From assembly GCA_017934475.1 (NCBI GenBank), contig JAGBJN010000010.1:11411-75410 (forward strand): a DNA stretch of 64,000 nucleotides, written 5' to 3'. Below are positions 17,106-27,444 of this stretch, piece after piece (the first letter of the stretch is position 1; each line of letters begins with the position of its first letter). The DNA comes from Clostridia bacterium (lineage in GTDB: Bacteria; Bacillota; Clostridia; TANB77; CAG-508). The translations under genes were made by a program, and so were the position numbers. The notes beneath the pieces were generated by a model. The model was not told the origin of the DNA. It searched no databases and worked only from the letters and a program-made list of their open reading frames with translations.

Positions 17106-19295
17106 ATGAATATTACAAAAATAATAGCAGAAGAATTAAAAGTAAAAGAAAGTCAAGTAGATGCAACAATAAAGCTTATTGATGATGGAAATACAATTCC
17201 ATTTATAGCACGTTATAGAAAAGAAGTGACAGGTGGACTTTCAGATGAGCAATTAAGAGATTTAGGAGAAAGACTAAATTATTTAAGAAACTTAGAAGAA
17301 AGAAAGAAGGAAGTTGTAAGTTCAATTGAAGGACAAGGAAAACTTACAGATGAAATAGTAATTGCACTTGAAATGGCAAAAACTCTTGCTGAAGTTGAGG
17401 ATATTTATAGACCATATAAACAAAAGAAGAGAACAAGAGCAACTATAGCAAAAGAAAAAGGATTAGAGCCTTTAGCTGAAATAATATATGCGCAAGAAGA
17501 AAAAACACCAATTGAAGAGCTTGCAAAAGAATATATAAAAGAAGTAACTGATAAAGACGGAAAAATAGATAAAGATAAAACTGTAGCAAGTGTAGAAGAT
17601 GCAATAGCAGGAGCACTTGATATAATTGCCGAAAATATTTCGGATAATGCAGATTATAGAAAGAAAATAAAGAAATTAATTTATAGAGAAGCGGTTGTTG
17701 AAACAAGAGCAGCAAAAGAAGATGAAAAATCTAACTATGAAATGTATTATGAATTCAACGAAAAAGTAAATAAATTACCAAGTCATAGAATACTTGCTAT
17801 AAATCGTGGTGAAAAAGAAGAATTCTTAAAAGTAAAAATTGAAAAGCCTGAAGATAGAGTTTTAGATATAATGGAAAAAGATATCTTAAAAGGAGAAAAT
17901 CAATTTACAAATTACTTAAGAGATACTATTTTAGATAGCTGGAAACGTTTAATAGAACCATCAATAGATAGAGAAATTCGTTCAGATTTAACAGAAAAAG
18001 CAGAAGAACAAGCAATAAAAGTATTTGGACAAAACGCAAAACAATTATTACTTGGAGCACCACTTTTAGGATTAACAGTAATTGGATTTGACCCTGCATA
18101 TAGAACAGGATGCAAAATTGCAGTTATTGACGAAACTGGTAAATTACTTGACACAACAACAATCTACCCAACAGAGCCACAAAATGATGTTGAAGGTGCA
18201 AAGAAAGTATTAATTGGATTAATAGCCAAATATAATGTAGATATGTTTGCAATTGGTAATGGAACTGCATCTCGTGAATCTGAAATGTTTGTTGCAGATG
18301 TAATTAAAGAAGTAAAAGAAAAATATGGAAAAGATGTGCATTATGCAATAGTATCAGAAGCAGGAGCATCAGTTTATTCAGCTTCAAAACTTGCAACAGA
18401 AGAATATCCAGATATAAATGTTTCTTTAAGAGGAGCAATTTCAATAGCAAGAAGATTACAAGATCCTTTAGCAGAACTTGTAAAAATAGAACCAAAAGCA
18501 ATTGGTGTTGGTCAATATCAACATGATGTTGATCAAAAGAAATTAGGAGAAAGTTTAACAGGTGTTGTTGAAGACGCCGTTAATAAGGTCGGAGTTGATG
18601 TAAATACTGCAACACCATCACTTTTATCATATGTATCAGGAATAAACAAAACAATAGCAAATAATATTGTGAAATATAGAGATGAAAATGGTAAATTAAA
18701 AGAAAGAAAAGAACTTTTAAAAGTACCAAAGTTAGGAAAAGTTGCATTTGAACAATGTGCAGGATTTATAAGAATATTTAATGGAAAAAATCCATTAGAG
18801 ATAACATCAGTTCACCCAGAAAGTTATGAAATTGCAGAAAAATTATTAGAAAATATTGGATACAAAAAGGATGATTTATTAAATAAAGATTCATTAAAAG
18901 AAATAAAAGAAAAACTTGCTAGAGTAAATGTAGCAAAAACAGCAACAGAACTTAATGTTGGTGAAATGACTTTAAAAGATATTATAGATGAACTTTCAAA
19001 ACCAGGAAGAGATCCAAGAGAAGAAATGCCAAAACCAGTGTTGCGTTCTGATGTATTAAAATTTGAAGATTTAAAAATCGGTCAAATACTTACGGGAACA
19101 GTAAGAAACGTAATAGATTTTGGTGCATTTGTTGATGTTGGAGTAAAACATGACGGTTTAGTACATATTTCAGAAATGAGTGAAAAATTTGTTAGAAACC
19201 CATCAGAGATAGTATCTGTAGGTGATGTTGTAAAAGTTAAAGTAATTGATGTAGATATGGAAAGACAAAAAGTTAAATTAAGTATGAAAGTATAA
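17106..19295 (+). CDS. tex: transcription accessory protein Tex (S1 domain)
   Basis: 729 aa. IPFIARYRKE near the N-terminus, a YqgF-like middle region, HhH motifs, and a C-terminal S1 domain (GTVRNVIDFGAFVDVG). Confidence 0.95.
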   Translation: MNITKIIAEELKVKESQVDATIKLIDDGNTIPFIARYRKEVTGGLSDEQLRDLGERLNYLRNLEERKKEVVSSIEGQGKLTDEIVIALEMAKTLAEVEDIYRPYKQKKRTRATIAKEKGLEPLAEIIYAQEEKTPIEELAKEYIKEVTDKDGKIDKDKTVASVEDAIAGALDIIAENISDNADYRKKIKKLIYREAVVETRAAKEDEKSNYEMYYEFNEKVNKLPSHRILAINRGEKEEFLKVKIEKPEDRVLDIMEKDILKGENQFTNYLRDTILDSWKRLIEPSIDREIRSDLTEKAEEQAIKVFGQNAKQLLLGAPLLGLTVIGFDPAYRTGCKIAVIDETGKLLDTTTIYPTEPQNDVEGAKKVLIGLIAKYNVDMFAIGNGTASRESEMFVADVIKEVKEKYGKDVHYAIVSEAGASVYSASKLATEEYPDINVSLRGAISIARRLQDPLAELVKIEPKAIGVGQYQHDVDQKKLGESLTGVVEDAVNKVGVDVNTATPSLLSYVSGINKTIANNIVKYRDENGKLKERKELLKVPKLGKVAFEQCAGFIRIFNGKNPLEITSVHPESYEIAEKLLENIGYKKDDLLNKDSLKEIKEKLARVNVAKTATELNVGEMTLKDIIDELSKPGRDPREEMPKPVLRSDVLKFEDLKIGQILTGTVRNVIDFGAFVDVGVKHDGLVHISEMSEKFVRNPSEIVSVGDVVKVKVIDVDMERQKVKLSMKV

Positions 19296-19349
19296 AAATC
19301 AAAAATGTAAAGAAAAAATAATATTTAATTAAAAAATAAAGAAAAAAAG

Positions 19350-19379
19350 ACTTCCGTAAATAAAAACGGAAGTTTTTTT
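19350..19379 (+). terminator. intrinsic terminator
   Basis: Stem ACTTCCGT/ACGGAAGT followed by a T-run. Confidence 0.7.
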
Positions 19380-19490
19380 GTAATATATTAGAAACATAAA
19401 AAAGCCTGTATTTACAACTAAATACTCCTATGAAATAATATTATTTAATAAAAAAAATAAATAAATATATATATATATGAGGAGTATCCT

Positions 19491-22400
19491 ATGAAAAAAT
19501 CAGTTTTTGAGAAAATAATTAGTTTATTATTAACTATTATGATGGTATTAAGTTATGTGCCACCATTAATTTCTTATGCAGAAGGAGATAGTAATACTAG
19601 TGTACCTACATTAGTATCTACACAATATGAGACAAATGATACTGTTGTAGCAGACTATGTAATTAAACCAGCGGGTGATTCTTCAATAGATATGTATTCA
19701 ACTATTCAGGATACATTAAATGCTTGCTACGATCAAGGTGGTGGAACAGTATTTCTAGAGGAAGGAATATATTATATTTCAAGAAATATAACGATTCCAA
19801 AACTATGTACTTTAAGAGGTGATTATCAAGATCCGGACAAAAATACAGGAACACTAGAATATGGAACTATAATAGTTGCTGATGTAAATAACATTCAGTA
19901 TAGTTCTTCAGATATGGAAAGAACAGGACTATTTAATTTATCAAATAGTTCTGGAGTTATTGGAATAACTGTATATTATAAAAATCAATCTATAACAAAT
20001 CCAGTTGAGCAACCATGGACTTTCTATTATGGAAATAAAAATTTAATGACAATAAAAAACGTAACAATGATTAATAGTTACAGAGGAATAGGTAGATCAA
20101 CAGCAGATGGTGGAAGAGATGAACCAGAGCAAGTACATGAAATGTTAATGATTGAAAACGTTAAGGGTACAGTTCTAATGAAAGGAGTTGTACTTCATAA
20201 TTCATCAGATGTTGGAACAGTAACAGGTCTAAGTTTGCAACCAAATTATTGGTCAACTGCTAATTTATCTGCTTTAGGAGAAAGTGGAACAAAGCCATCA
20301 AGTGATACTATAATTTCAAAAATAAAATCAATGAATGGTAAAGGACTAATACTTACAGATATAGAACAACAACAATTTGCTAATATAACAATAGTTGGAT
20401 ATAAATATGGAGTTTATATTCCAAAAGATGATGGGGTAGAAGTAAAAATAAGAGCACATGGTAGTGGTTTGATGTATAATTTAAATATATCAAATTGTAA
20501 CTATGGAATAATGGCAGAGGATGGACATGAACTTGACTGGAGATGTGGATATTATATTACAAATTCATATATTGAAGGAAGTGAATATGCTCTATATAAC
20601 AAGGCTGTAAATCTTAACGGGAAAGCAGGAACTTTGCAATTAAATGATGTAACACTAAAAGGAAAAGTGGGAGGAACTGCACCTATTATATATTATTCAA
20701 AAGAAGCAGGAGACTATGTTTCAGTATATGATAAGGTAGGAAGCGGAAATGCTGACGGAATAATAAATAATACAGGAGATTTTTCAAACTTTAATTTAGA
20801 TAGAAAAACAAAAACTTATGGAAATAATTTTATGGCAATTGAAGCAGGAAGTTCAGCAAGTATAATAAATGCAGCTTTAGATTACGTTGGAAGCAATGGT
20901 GGAGGAGTAGTATACTTAAAATCAGGATTGTATGAAATAAATCAAACAATAGTTGTTCCAGAAAATACAGAATTAAGAGGTGTTTCAGGAGTATCATCTA
21001 GAATTGCTGGAACAGGGGAAAAATACGATACTGCAGGTAGTGTAATAGGAGGAGACTTGCTTGGTACAGTTATAAATGTAAAAACTACAAATTCATCAGC
21101 TGTTAATTTAAACGGTGATAATTCAGGAGTATCAGGAATTTTATTCGCATATGAAGATAATATAGAAAATGTTCAGAAAGCAAATTATGAATATTCATCA
21201 AATGAATGTACAATTATAAGTCATGGTAAAAAAGGAGTATACATCAAAAATGTAACAATTATAGGTTCTTCACATGGAATTGGTTTAGATAATTGTGATT
21301 ATTATACAATATCAAATTATGTTACAGGTGTATTTGAACAAGGAATATTAATAGTAGGCGGAAATAATGGTTTAATAGAAAACTGTTTACAAAATTCAAC
21401 AGTACTTTCACTTAATGGGTTATATGACTTTAATGGTGGTTATTTTGGAAATTTACTAGATATTACACATGATAAATTAATTAATATATATTTACAAAAT
21501 GCTAAGAATGTAGAAATGCTAAATACATTTGCATATGGGGCTAATAAATTTTTGGTTTCTATTGGATCAGAATCATATCTGATTAATTCAGGACTAGATG
21601 GTTATCCAGCATGGTTAGAGTATCAGAATGGAATAAATACAAGTATTAAATCTCCAAGATATATGTTTTATTTTGATGGAAATTCACGCTCTGATAGTAT
21701 GATAGTAAATGCTCTAAGAATTAATGGAACTTATGGTGTTTCTCAAGTAAATGGAGATTATGGTTCAAATAATGTAGGAATATATAATAGAGGAAGCCTT
21801 GGACCTAATAGAGGAAGTCTTCTTGAACCTGAATATGAAGGAGAGAGAGAAAACGACTTAAGAAGTGATATATTCAGAGCAGATGATTGGACTGTAAAAC
21901 AATATAACGATACCAAAATTGAAGCAAATACTGACTTCAGTGGTAGTTCTAATATGTTAAATGTAACTAATAAAAAAGATACACCTTATTACAGTGTAAA
22001 TACAGAAATAGATGAATTAAACTACAGTACTGTAGGAGGAACCTCAATACCAACAATTGAAGGAAGAGAAGAAGGAATATATACTGTATATTACTATATA
22101 CCAGAAACCAATGGCTATTATGAAAGAAAAGGAAGCGTAAGTGTTACAATTGAAGATATTGTAGAATTAGAAGCAACGGTAAGTTATAATCCAACAACTT
22201 TAACAAATCAAAATGTAACTGCAATAATTACGGCGAATAAAGAATTACAAGAAATAAGTGATTGGGTATTATCAACTGATAAGAAAAAGTTAACAAGGAC
22301 ATATAAAGGAAATGTAAGTGAGACGGTAACAATAACGGATTTAGCAGGAAACACAGAAAATGTAGAAATATCTATAACAAATATAGACAAAGAGCCACCA

Positions 22401-25400
22401 GCAGCAAATATTTTTTATAGTACAACCGAGTTAACAAATGAAGATGTAACTGTAAAGATTATAGCATATGAACCTTTACAAGATGTAGAAGGTTGGGAAA
22501 AATCAACTAATGGAAAAATATTAACAAGAACATATGACAGAAATACAGAAGAAACAGTAACAATAACGGATTTAGCAGGAAATACAGAAACTAAAACAAT
22601 ATCTATATCAAATATAGATAAAGAGTCACCAACGGCAAATGTAAGTTATAATATAACAAATCCTACTAATGATAAAGTAAAAGCAATAATAACAGCGTAT
22701 GAAGAAATTCAAGAAGTAGATGGATGGATATTATCAAGTAATAAAAAAATATTAACAAGAGAATATACAGAAAACACAACAGAGACAGTAACAATAAAAG
22801 ATTTAGCTGGAAATGAAACAACAGTAACAGTAAAAATAACAAACATAGACAAAGAAGCGCCAACAGCAAATGTTAGCTATAGTACATTAGAACCAACTAA
22901 TGGTAATGTAACAGCTACAATAACAATAAACGAAGAAATACAAAATGTAAATGGTTGGACAATATCAAGTAATGGAAAAGTATTAACAAGAGAATATGCA
23001 GCAAATGTAGAAGAAACAGTGACAATAAAGGATTTAGCTGGAAATACAACATTGGTTGAAATAAAAATTTCAAATATAAATAAAGAAGGACCAACAGCAA
23101 CAGTAAGTTATAATACTTTAGAATTAACGAATCAAAATGTTACAGTTACAATCACAGCTAATAAAGAATTACAAGATGTAAATGGCTGGACAAAATCAAA
23201 TGATGGAAAAGTACTAACAAAAGTATATACAGCAAATATAAGTGAAGAAGTAATTATTAAAGATTTAGTAGGAAATCAAACAACAGTAACAGTAACAATA
23301 ACAAATATAGATAAAGATGCACCTACAACAAGTATAAGTTATAGTAATTTAAATCCGACAAATGGAGATGTAACAGCAACAATCACATTAAACGAAGCAG
23401 TTCAAGAGGTAAAAGGTTGGACAAAATCGAGTGATGGAAAAGTATTAACAAAAGCATATACATCAAATGCTACTGAAATAGTAGTAATAAAAGACTTAGT
23501 AGGAAATCAAACAACAGTAACAATAACGATAACAAATATAGATAAAGAAGCACCTACAACAAGTATAAGTTATAGTACTATAAATCCAACAAATGGAGAT
23601 GTAACAGCAACAATCACATTAAATGAAGCAGTACAAGATGTAAGTGGCTGGACAAAATCGAGTGATGGGAAAGTATTAACAAAAGTGTATACATCAAATA
23701 CTACTGAAAGAGTAGTAATAAAAGACTTAGTAGGGAATCAAACAACAGTAACAATAACAATTTCAAATATAGATAAAGAAGCACCTACAATAAGCATAGA
23801 TTATAGTATTGTAGAACCAACAAATAGTAGTGTAACAGCAACAATAACAGCAAATGAAGAAATACAAAGCGTAACAGGTTGGTCATTATCAAACGATAAA
23901 AAGAAATTATCAAGGATATATACAGCAAATACAAATGAAACGATAGAAATAAAAGATTTAGTTGGAAATACTGTAACAGCAAAAATTATCATAAATAATA
24001 TAGATACAACTGCGCCAGTATTAAGTGTAAGTTATAGTACTACAGAGCCAACAAATGGAAATGTAACAGCAACAATAACAGCAAATGAAGAAGTACAAGA
24101 TGTAAATGGTTGGACAAAGTCAAGTGATGGAAAAGTATTAACAAAAACATATTCAAATAATGTATCTGGAGAAAAAGTTGTTGTAAAAGACTTGGTAGGA
24201 AATGAATCAACAGCAACAATAACAATTGCAAATATAGATACAGATGCACCAGTATTAAGCGTAAGTTATAGTACAACCAATATAACAAATCAAAATGTAA
24301 CAGCAACAATAACAGCAGATAAACAACTACAAGAAGTATTGGGATGGAACTTATCAAATGATAAAAAATCATTAACAAAAGAATATACAGAAAATATAAC
24401 AGAAACAGTAACAGTAACAGATTTAGTAGGAAATACATCAACAGTAACAGTAACAATAGGAAATATAGATAAAACTGCACCAACAGCAACAGTGAACTAT
24501 AGTACAACCAATATAACAAATCAAAATGTAACAGCAACAATCACAGCAGATGAACAATTACAAGAAGTTACAGGATGGAGTCTATCAGATGATAAAAAGG
24601 TATTAACAAGAACATATACTGAAAATGCAAATGAAAATGTAATAATAACAGACTTAGCAGGCAATAATACAAATGTTATAATATCAATAGTTAATATAGA
24701 TAAAGAAGCACCAATACTAAATGTAAGCTATAATCCAATAACAGCAACAAATGGAAATGTAACAGCAACAATAACATCAAATGAAGAAGTACAAGAGGTA
24801 ATTGGTTGGTCATTATCAAATGATAAGAAAATATTAACAAAAATATATTCAAATAACATATCTGGTGAAAAGGTTGTTGTAAAAGACTTAGTAGGAAATG
24901 AATCAACAGCAACAATAACTATAACAAATATAGACACAGATGCACCAATATTAAATGTAAGTTATAGTACAACAAATCCAACAAATCAAAATATAACAGC
25001 GACAATTACAGCCAATAAAGAACTACAAGAAGTTACAGGATGGAATTTATCAGATGATAAAAAAATACTAACAAAAGAATATACAGATAATACAACAGAG
25101 ATAGTAACAGTTATGGATTTAGTTGGTAATTCATCATCGGTAACAGTAACAATAGATAATATAGATAAAGAAGCACCTATACTAAATGTAAATTATAATC
25201 CAACGATAAGAACAAATGGAAATGTTGAAGTTACAATTATATCGAATGAACAATTACAACAAGTAGATAATTGGATATTATCAAATGATAAAAAAGAATT
25301 AACAAAAACATATACAGAAAATGTAGATGAGATAGTAATTGTTAAAGATTTAGCTGGAAACAGTACAGAAGTAAAAATTGTAATAAGTAATATAAAGAAA

Positions 25401-25664
25401 CCAAGCAAAGGCGATTTAAATGAAAATGAGCAAATAGATTTAGGAGATATTTTAATATTACAAAGACATATAGCTCAAACTAATTCAAGTGAAGTTGCAA
25501 GTAAACATTTAGATTGGAAATTATCTGAAGAAAAAATAAGAAAAGCAGACTTAAATAATAATGGAAAAGTGGATATTGGAGATATATTGATATTACAAAG
25601 ATACATAGCGGCCAATAATGATAATGATATTGCAGCAAAACATCCAGCTTGGTTAGAGATTTAA
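19491..25664 (+). CDS. 2057-aa secreted protein: two right-handed beta-helix (pectate-lyase-3-like) domains, 14 Ig-like repeats and a C-terminal dockerin
   Basis: Signal peptide. The motifs IQDTLNACYDQGGGTVFLEEGIYYI and IINAALDYVGSNGGGVVYLKSGLYEI are typical of PF12708-type beta-helices. The dockerin has two Ca-loop repeats, DLNENEQIDLGDILILQRHIA and DLNNNGKVDIGDILILQRYIA. Confidence 0.9.
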   Translation: MKKSVFEKIISLLLTIMMVLSYVPPLISYAEGDSNTSVPTLVSTQYETNDTVVADYVIKPAGDSSIDMYSTIQDTLNACYDQGGGTVFLEEGIYYISRNITIPKLCTLRGDYQDPDKNTGTLEYGTIIVADVNNIQYSSSDMERTGLFNLSNSSGVIGITVYYKNQSITNPVEQPWTFYYGNKNLMTIKNVTMINSYRGIGRSTADGGRDEPEQVHEMLMIENVKGTVLMKGVVLHNSSDVGTVTGLSLQPNYWSTANLSALGESGTKPSSDTIISKIKSMNGKGLILTDIEQQQFANITIVGYKYGVYIPKDDGVEVKIRAHGSGLMYNLNISNCNYGIMAEDGHELDWRCGYYITNSYIEGSEYALYNKAVNLNGKAGTLQLNDVTLKGKVGGTAPIIYYSKEAGDYVSVYDKVGSGNADGIINNTGDFSNFNLDRKTKTYGNNFMAIEAGSSASIINAALDYVGSNGGGVVYLKSGLYEINQTIVVPENTELRGVSGVSSRIAGTGEKYDTAGSVIGGDLLGTVINVKTTNSSAVNLNGDNSGVSGILFAYEDNIENVQKANYEYSSNECTIISHGKKGVYIKNVTIIGSSHGIGLDNCDYYTISNYVTGVFEQGILIVGGNNGLIENCLQNSTVLSLNGLYDFNGGYFGNLLDITHDKLINIYLQNAKNVEMLNTFAYGANKFLVSIGSESYLINSGLDGYPAWLEYQNGINTSIKSPRYMFYFDGNSRSDSMIVNALRINGTYGVSQVNGDYGSNNVGIYNRGSLGPNRGSLLEPEYEGERENDLRSDIFRADDWTVKQYNDTKIEANTDFSGSSNMLNVTNKKDTPYYSVNTEIDELNYSTVGGTSIPTIEGREEGIYTVYYYIPETNGYYERKGSVSVTIEDIVELEATVSYNPTTLTNQNVTAIITANKELQEISDWVLSTDKKKLTRTYKGNVSETVTITDLAGNTENVEISITNIDKEPPAANIFYSTTELTNEDVTVKIIAYEPLQDVEGWEKSTNGKILTRTYDRNTEETVTITDLAGNTETKTISISNIDKESPTANVSYNITNPTNDKVKAIITAYEEIQEVDGWILSSNKKILTREYTENTTETVTIKDLAGNETTVTVKITNIDKEAPTANVSYSTLEPTNGNVTATITINEEIQNVNGWTISSNGKVLTREYAANVEETVTIKDLAGNTTLVEIKISNINKEGPTATVSYNTLELTNQNVTVTITANKELQDVNGWTKSNDGKVLTKVYTANISEEVIIKDLVGNQTTVTVTITNIDKDAPTTSISYSNLNPTNGDVTATITLNEAVQEVKGWTKSSDGKVLTKAYTSNATEIVVIKDLVGNQTTVTITITNIDKEAPTTSISYSTINPTNGDVTATITLNEAVQDVSGWTKSSDGKVLTKVYTSNTTERVVIKDLVGNQTTVTITISNIDKEAPTISIDYSIVEPTNSSVTATITANEEIQSVTGWSLSNDKKKLSRIYTANTNETIEIKDLVGNTVTAKIIINNIDTTAPVLSVSYSTTEPTNGNVTATITANEEVQDVNGWTKSSDGKVLTKTYSNNVSGEKVVVKDLVGNESTATITIANIDTDAPVLSVSYSTTNITNQNVTATITADKQLQEVLGWNLSNDKKSLTKEYTENITETVTVTDLVGNTSTVTVTIGNIDKTAPTATVNYSTTNITNQNVTATITADEQLQEVTGWSLSDDKKVLTRTYTENANENVIITDLAGNNTNVIISIVNIDKEAPILNVSYNPITATNGNVTATITSNEEVQEVIGWSLSNDKKILTKIYSNNISGEKVVVKDLVGNESTATITITNIDTDAPILNVSYSTTNPTNQNITATITANKELQEVTGWNLSDDKKILTKEYTDNTTEIVTVMDLVGNSSSVTVTIDNIDKEAPILNVNYNPTIRTNGNVEVTIISNEQLQQVDNWILSNDKKELTKTYTENVDEIVIVKDLAGNSTEVKIVISNIKKPSKGDLNENEQIDLGDILILQRHIAQTNSSEVASKHLDWKLSEEKIRKADLNNNGKVDIGDILILQRYIAANNDNDIAAKHPAWLEI
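22170..25400 (+). repeat. 14 tandem coding repeats of 231-234 bp (77-78 aa)
   Basis: Unit consensus AP..NVSYS...PTN.NVTATITAN.ELQ.V.GW.LS.D.K.LTK.YT.N..E.V.V.DL.GN...V.V.I.NIDK. Units 6 and 7 are near-identical. Units 9-11 are mirrored by units 12-14 at an offset of 696 bp. Confidence 0.9.
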
Positions 25665-25813
25665 AACCAAAAGAAGGTTTATACTTATTTTATAAGTTAA
25701 ATCTTCTTTTTATTTTATTATTTTGCATTAACTTATTTAGATAAAAAAATATTGTAAAAAAAATATTTATGTTATAAAATTAAAACATAAAATAAATTTG
25801 GAAGGAAAAGAAG

Positions 25814-26629
25814 ATGAAAAACAAATTAATATCAAGTTTTTTAATAATATTTGTATTATTAAGTATATGCGGAATAAACAATATCTATGCAGATACAGCA
25901 ATTTGTGAATTTGATCCAAATGTCCCTAGTATAGTAGAACCAGGAAAAGAATTAATTATTCCAATTTTTTTGAAAAACATAACAGAAGGAATTTCAGGAG
26001 TTGGATTTACATTTAATTACAAAGATTCATTGTTTGATTTTGAAAGCGTAACAGCAGAGTCAGGGTGGACTGTGAGTAGAATAGAAAATTCATATACAAT
26101 ACTAACAGAAACACTAGAGTCAACAACAAATGCTGGAAAAATAGCAACAATAGTTTTAAAAGCAAAATCTACTATTAAAACTACAACAACAGAAACAGTA
26201 ACATTTACAGCAATAGAAACTTCTAAAGATGATGCAACAACAGTTAACTTAAATTCAATATCTAAAAATATAAGTATACAAGTAAGCAATAATGGAGAAA
26301 CAGAAGAAGATAATAATAATGAGAATACAATAGATGACGGAACAAGAAATGATAATAATAAAGAAAATACAACAGATGGTGAAACAAGAAATGATAATAA
26401 TAAAGAAAATACAACAGATGATGAAACAACAAATAATAATGATAACGAAAATACAACAAATGGTGGAACAAAAAATAATAATGATAACAAGAACACAACA
26501 AAAGATGAGGGAAAAACGGAAGGAAAAATTCCTCAAACAGGAGAAGAAAAAATTATAATATTTGCAGCAATTGCAGGATGTGTAGCGGTAGGAATAGCAA
26601 CATTTGTATTTTATAAGAAAACAAAATAA
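25814..26629 (+). CDS. cell-wall-anchored cohesin-domain protein with an LPXTG-like sorting signal
   Basis: Signal peptide. Cohesin-like module of about 140 aa (VEPGKELIIPIFLKNITEGISGVGFTFNYKDSLFDFESV...GKIATIVLKAK), an N/T/D-rich linker, then IPQTGEE, a TM segment and KKTK. Confidence 0.65.
   Translation: MKNKLISSFLIIFVLLSICGINNIYADTAICEFDPNVPSIVEPGKELIIPIFLKNITEGISGVGFTFNYKDSLFDFESVTAESGWTVSRIENSYTILTETLESTTNAGKIATIVLKAKSTIKTTTTETVTFTAIETSKDDATTVNLNSISKNISIQVSNNGETEEDNNNENTIDDGTRNDNNKENTTDGETRNDNNKENTTDDETTNNNDNENTTNGGTKNNNDNKNTTKDEGKTEGKIPQTGEEKIIIFAAIAGCVAVGIATFVFYKKTK
26342..26509 (+). repeat. 4 x 42-bp in-frame tandem repeat (14-aa N/T/D-rich linker units)
   Basis: The ACAAGAAATGATAATAATAAAGAAAATACAACAGATGGTGAA unit starts at 26342, 26384, 26426 and 26468. 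Confidence 0.75.
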
Positions 26630-26632
26630 AAG

Positions 26633-26666
26633 AAATCCACATTTATTTAATTAAATGTGGATTTTT
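26633..26666. terminator. bidirectional intrinsic terminator
   Basis: Perfect 13-bp stem AAATCCACATTTA/TAAATGTGGATTT between convergent genes. Confidence 0.7.
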
Positions 26667-26677
26667 ATTATCTAAAA

Positions 26678-27340
26678 TTAAAATTCAAAGAATTTATTTA
26701 TTCCTGTATTATCAAATTTATGCATTATACTATGTATTTTATCTGATTCATTATTTAAAATATCTAAAAAAATACTTGTTATTTGTGGATCAAATTGAGT
26801 GCCAGAGCCTTTTGCAATTTCACTTTTAACAATTTCTAAAGGTAAGGCTTTTCTATAAACTCTGTCTGAAGACATTGCATCAAATGAATCTGCAACAGAA
26901 ACTATTCTTGTTAATAAAGGAATTTCCTCTCCTTTTAAGCCTTCAGGATAACCACTACCGTCATATTTTTCATGATGATATTTGACAATAGGTATAATAT
27001 TATTAAAAGTAGGAGAATGAGATAAAATATCTGAACCTATAAATGTATGTTTTTTCATTTCAATATATTCTTCATCAGTAAGTTTTGTATCTTTAAATAT
27101 TATTTTTGTAGAAATTCCAACTTTACCAATATCATGATAAAAACTACCTAAGCGAAGAGTTTCCATATCTTCATTACTTAAATTTAATTTTTCACCAATA
27201 AGTGAAGCATAAGATGCGACTCTGTCAGAATGTTCTTTTGTATATATATCTTGCTCATGATCGACATGATTAAAAAATTTTAAACATTCATTGCATTCAA
27301 AATCAAATTTTTTATAAATATTTGAGTAATCATATTCCAT
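26678..27340 (-). CDS. HD-GYP domain protein (putative c-di-GMP phosphodiesterase)
   Basis: HSDRVASYA, FYHDIGK, and HHEKYDGSGYPEGL followed by ADSFDAMSSDRVYR. Confidence 0.85.
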   Translation of the reverse strand: MEYDYSNIYKKFDFECNECLKFFNHVDHEQDIYTKEHSDRVASYASLIGEKLNLSNEDMETLRLGSFYHDIGKVGISTKIIFKDTKLTDEEYIEMKKHTFIGSDILSHSPTFNNIIPIVKYHHEKYDGSGYPEGLKGEEIPLLTRIVSVADSFDAMSSDRVYRKALPLEIVKSEIAKGSGTQFDPQITSIFLDILNNESDKIHSIMHKFDNTGINKFFEF

Positions 27341-27444
27341 AAAATCACCTCTTTACACAATAATATTATACATCAAAATAGTAATTTTGGCAACGGAATG
27401 ATTAAAGTCAAAATTAGTGGGAAAAATGAAAATAGGTGATGGAT

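Noticed and set aside
22208-25408. Many antisense or out-of-frame ORFs rich in L, F and V inside the giant repeat gene (for example 22666-22869, 24040-24540 and 24691-24915).
   Set aside because: They are reading-frame echoes of an A/T-rich tandem repeat. They are low-complexity, have no RBS, and are fully contained in a well-supported 2057-aa gene.
26017-26558. Four overlapping ORFs on both strands inside the cohesin gene's linker region.
   Set aside because: They are artefacts of the 42-bp tandem repeat. The + strand cohesin ORF, with its signal peptide and sorting signal, explains the region.
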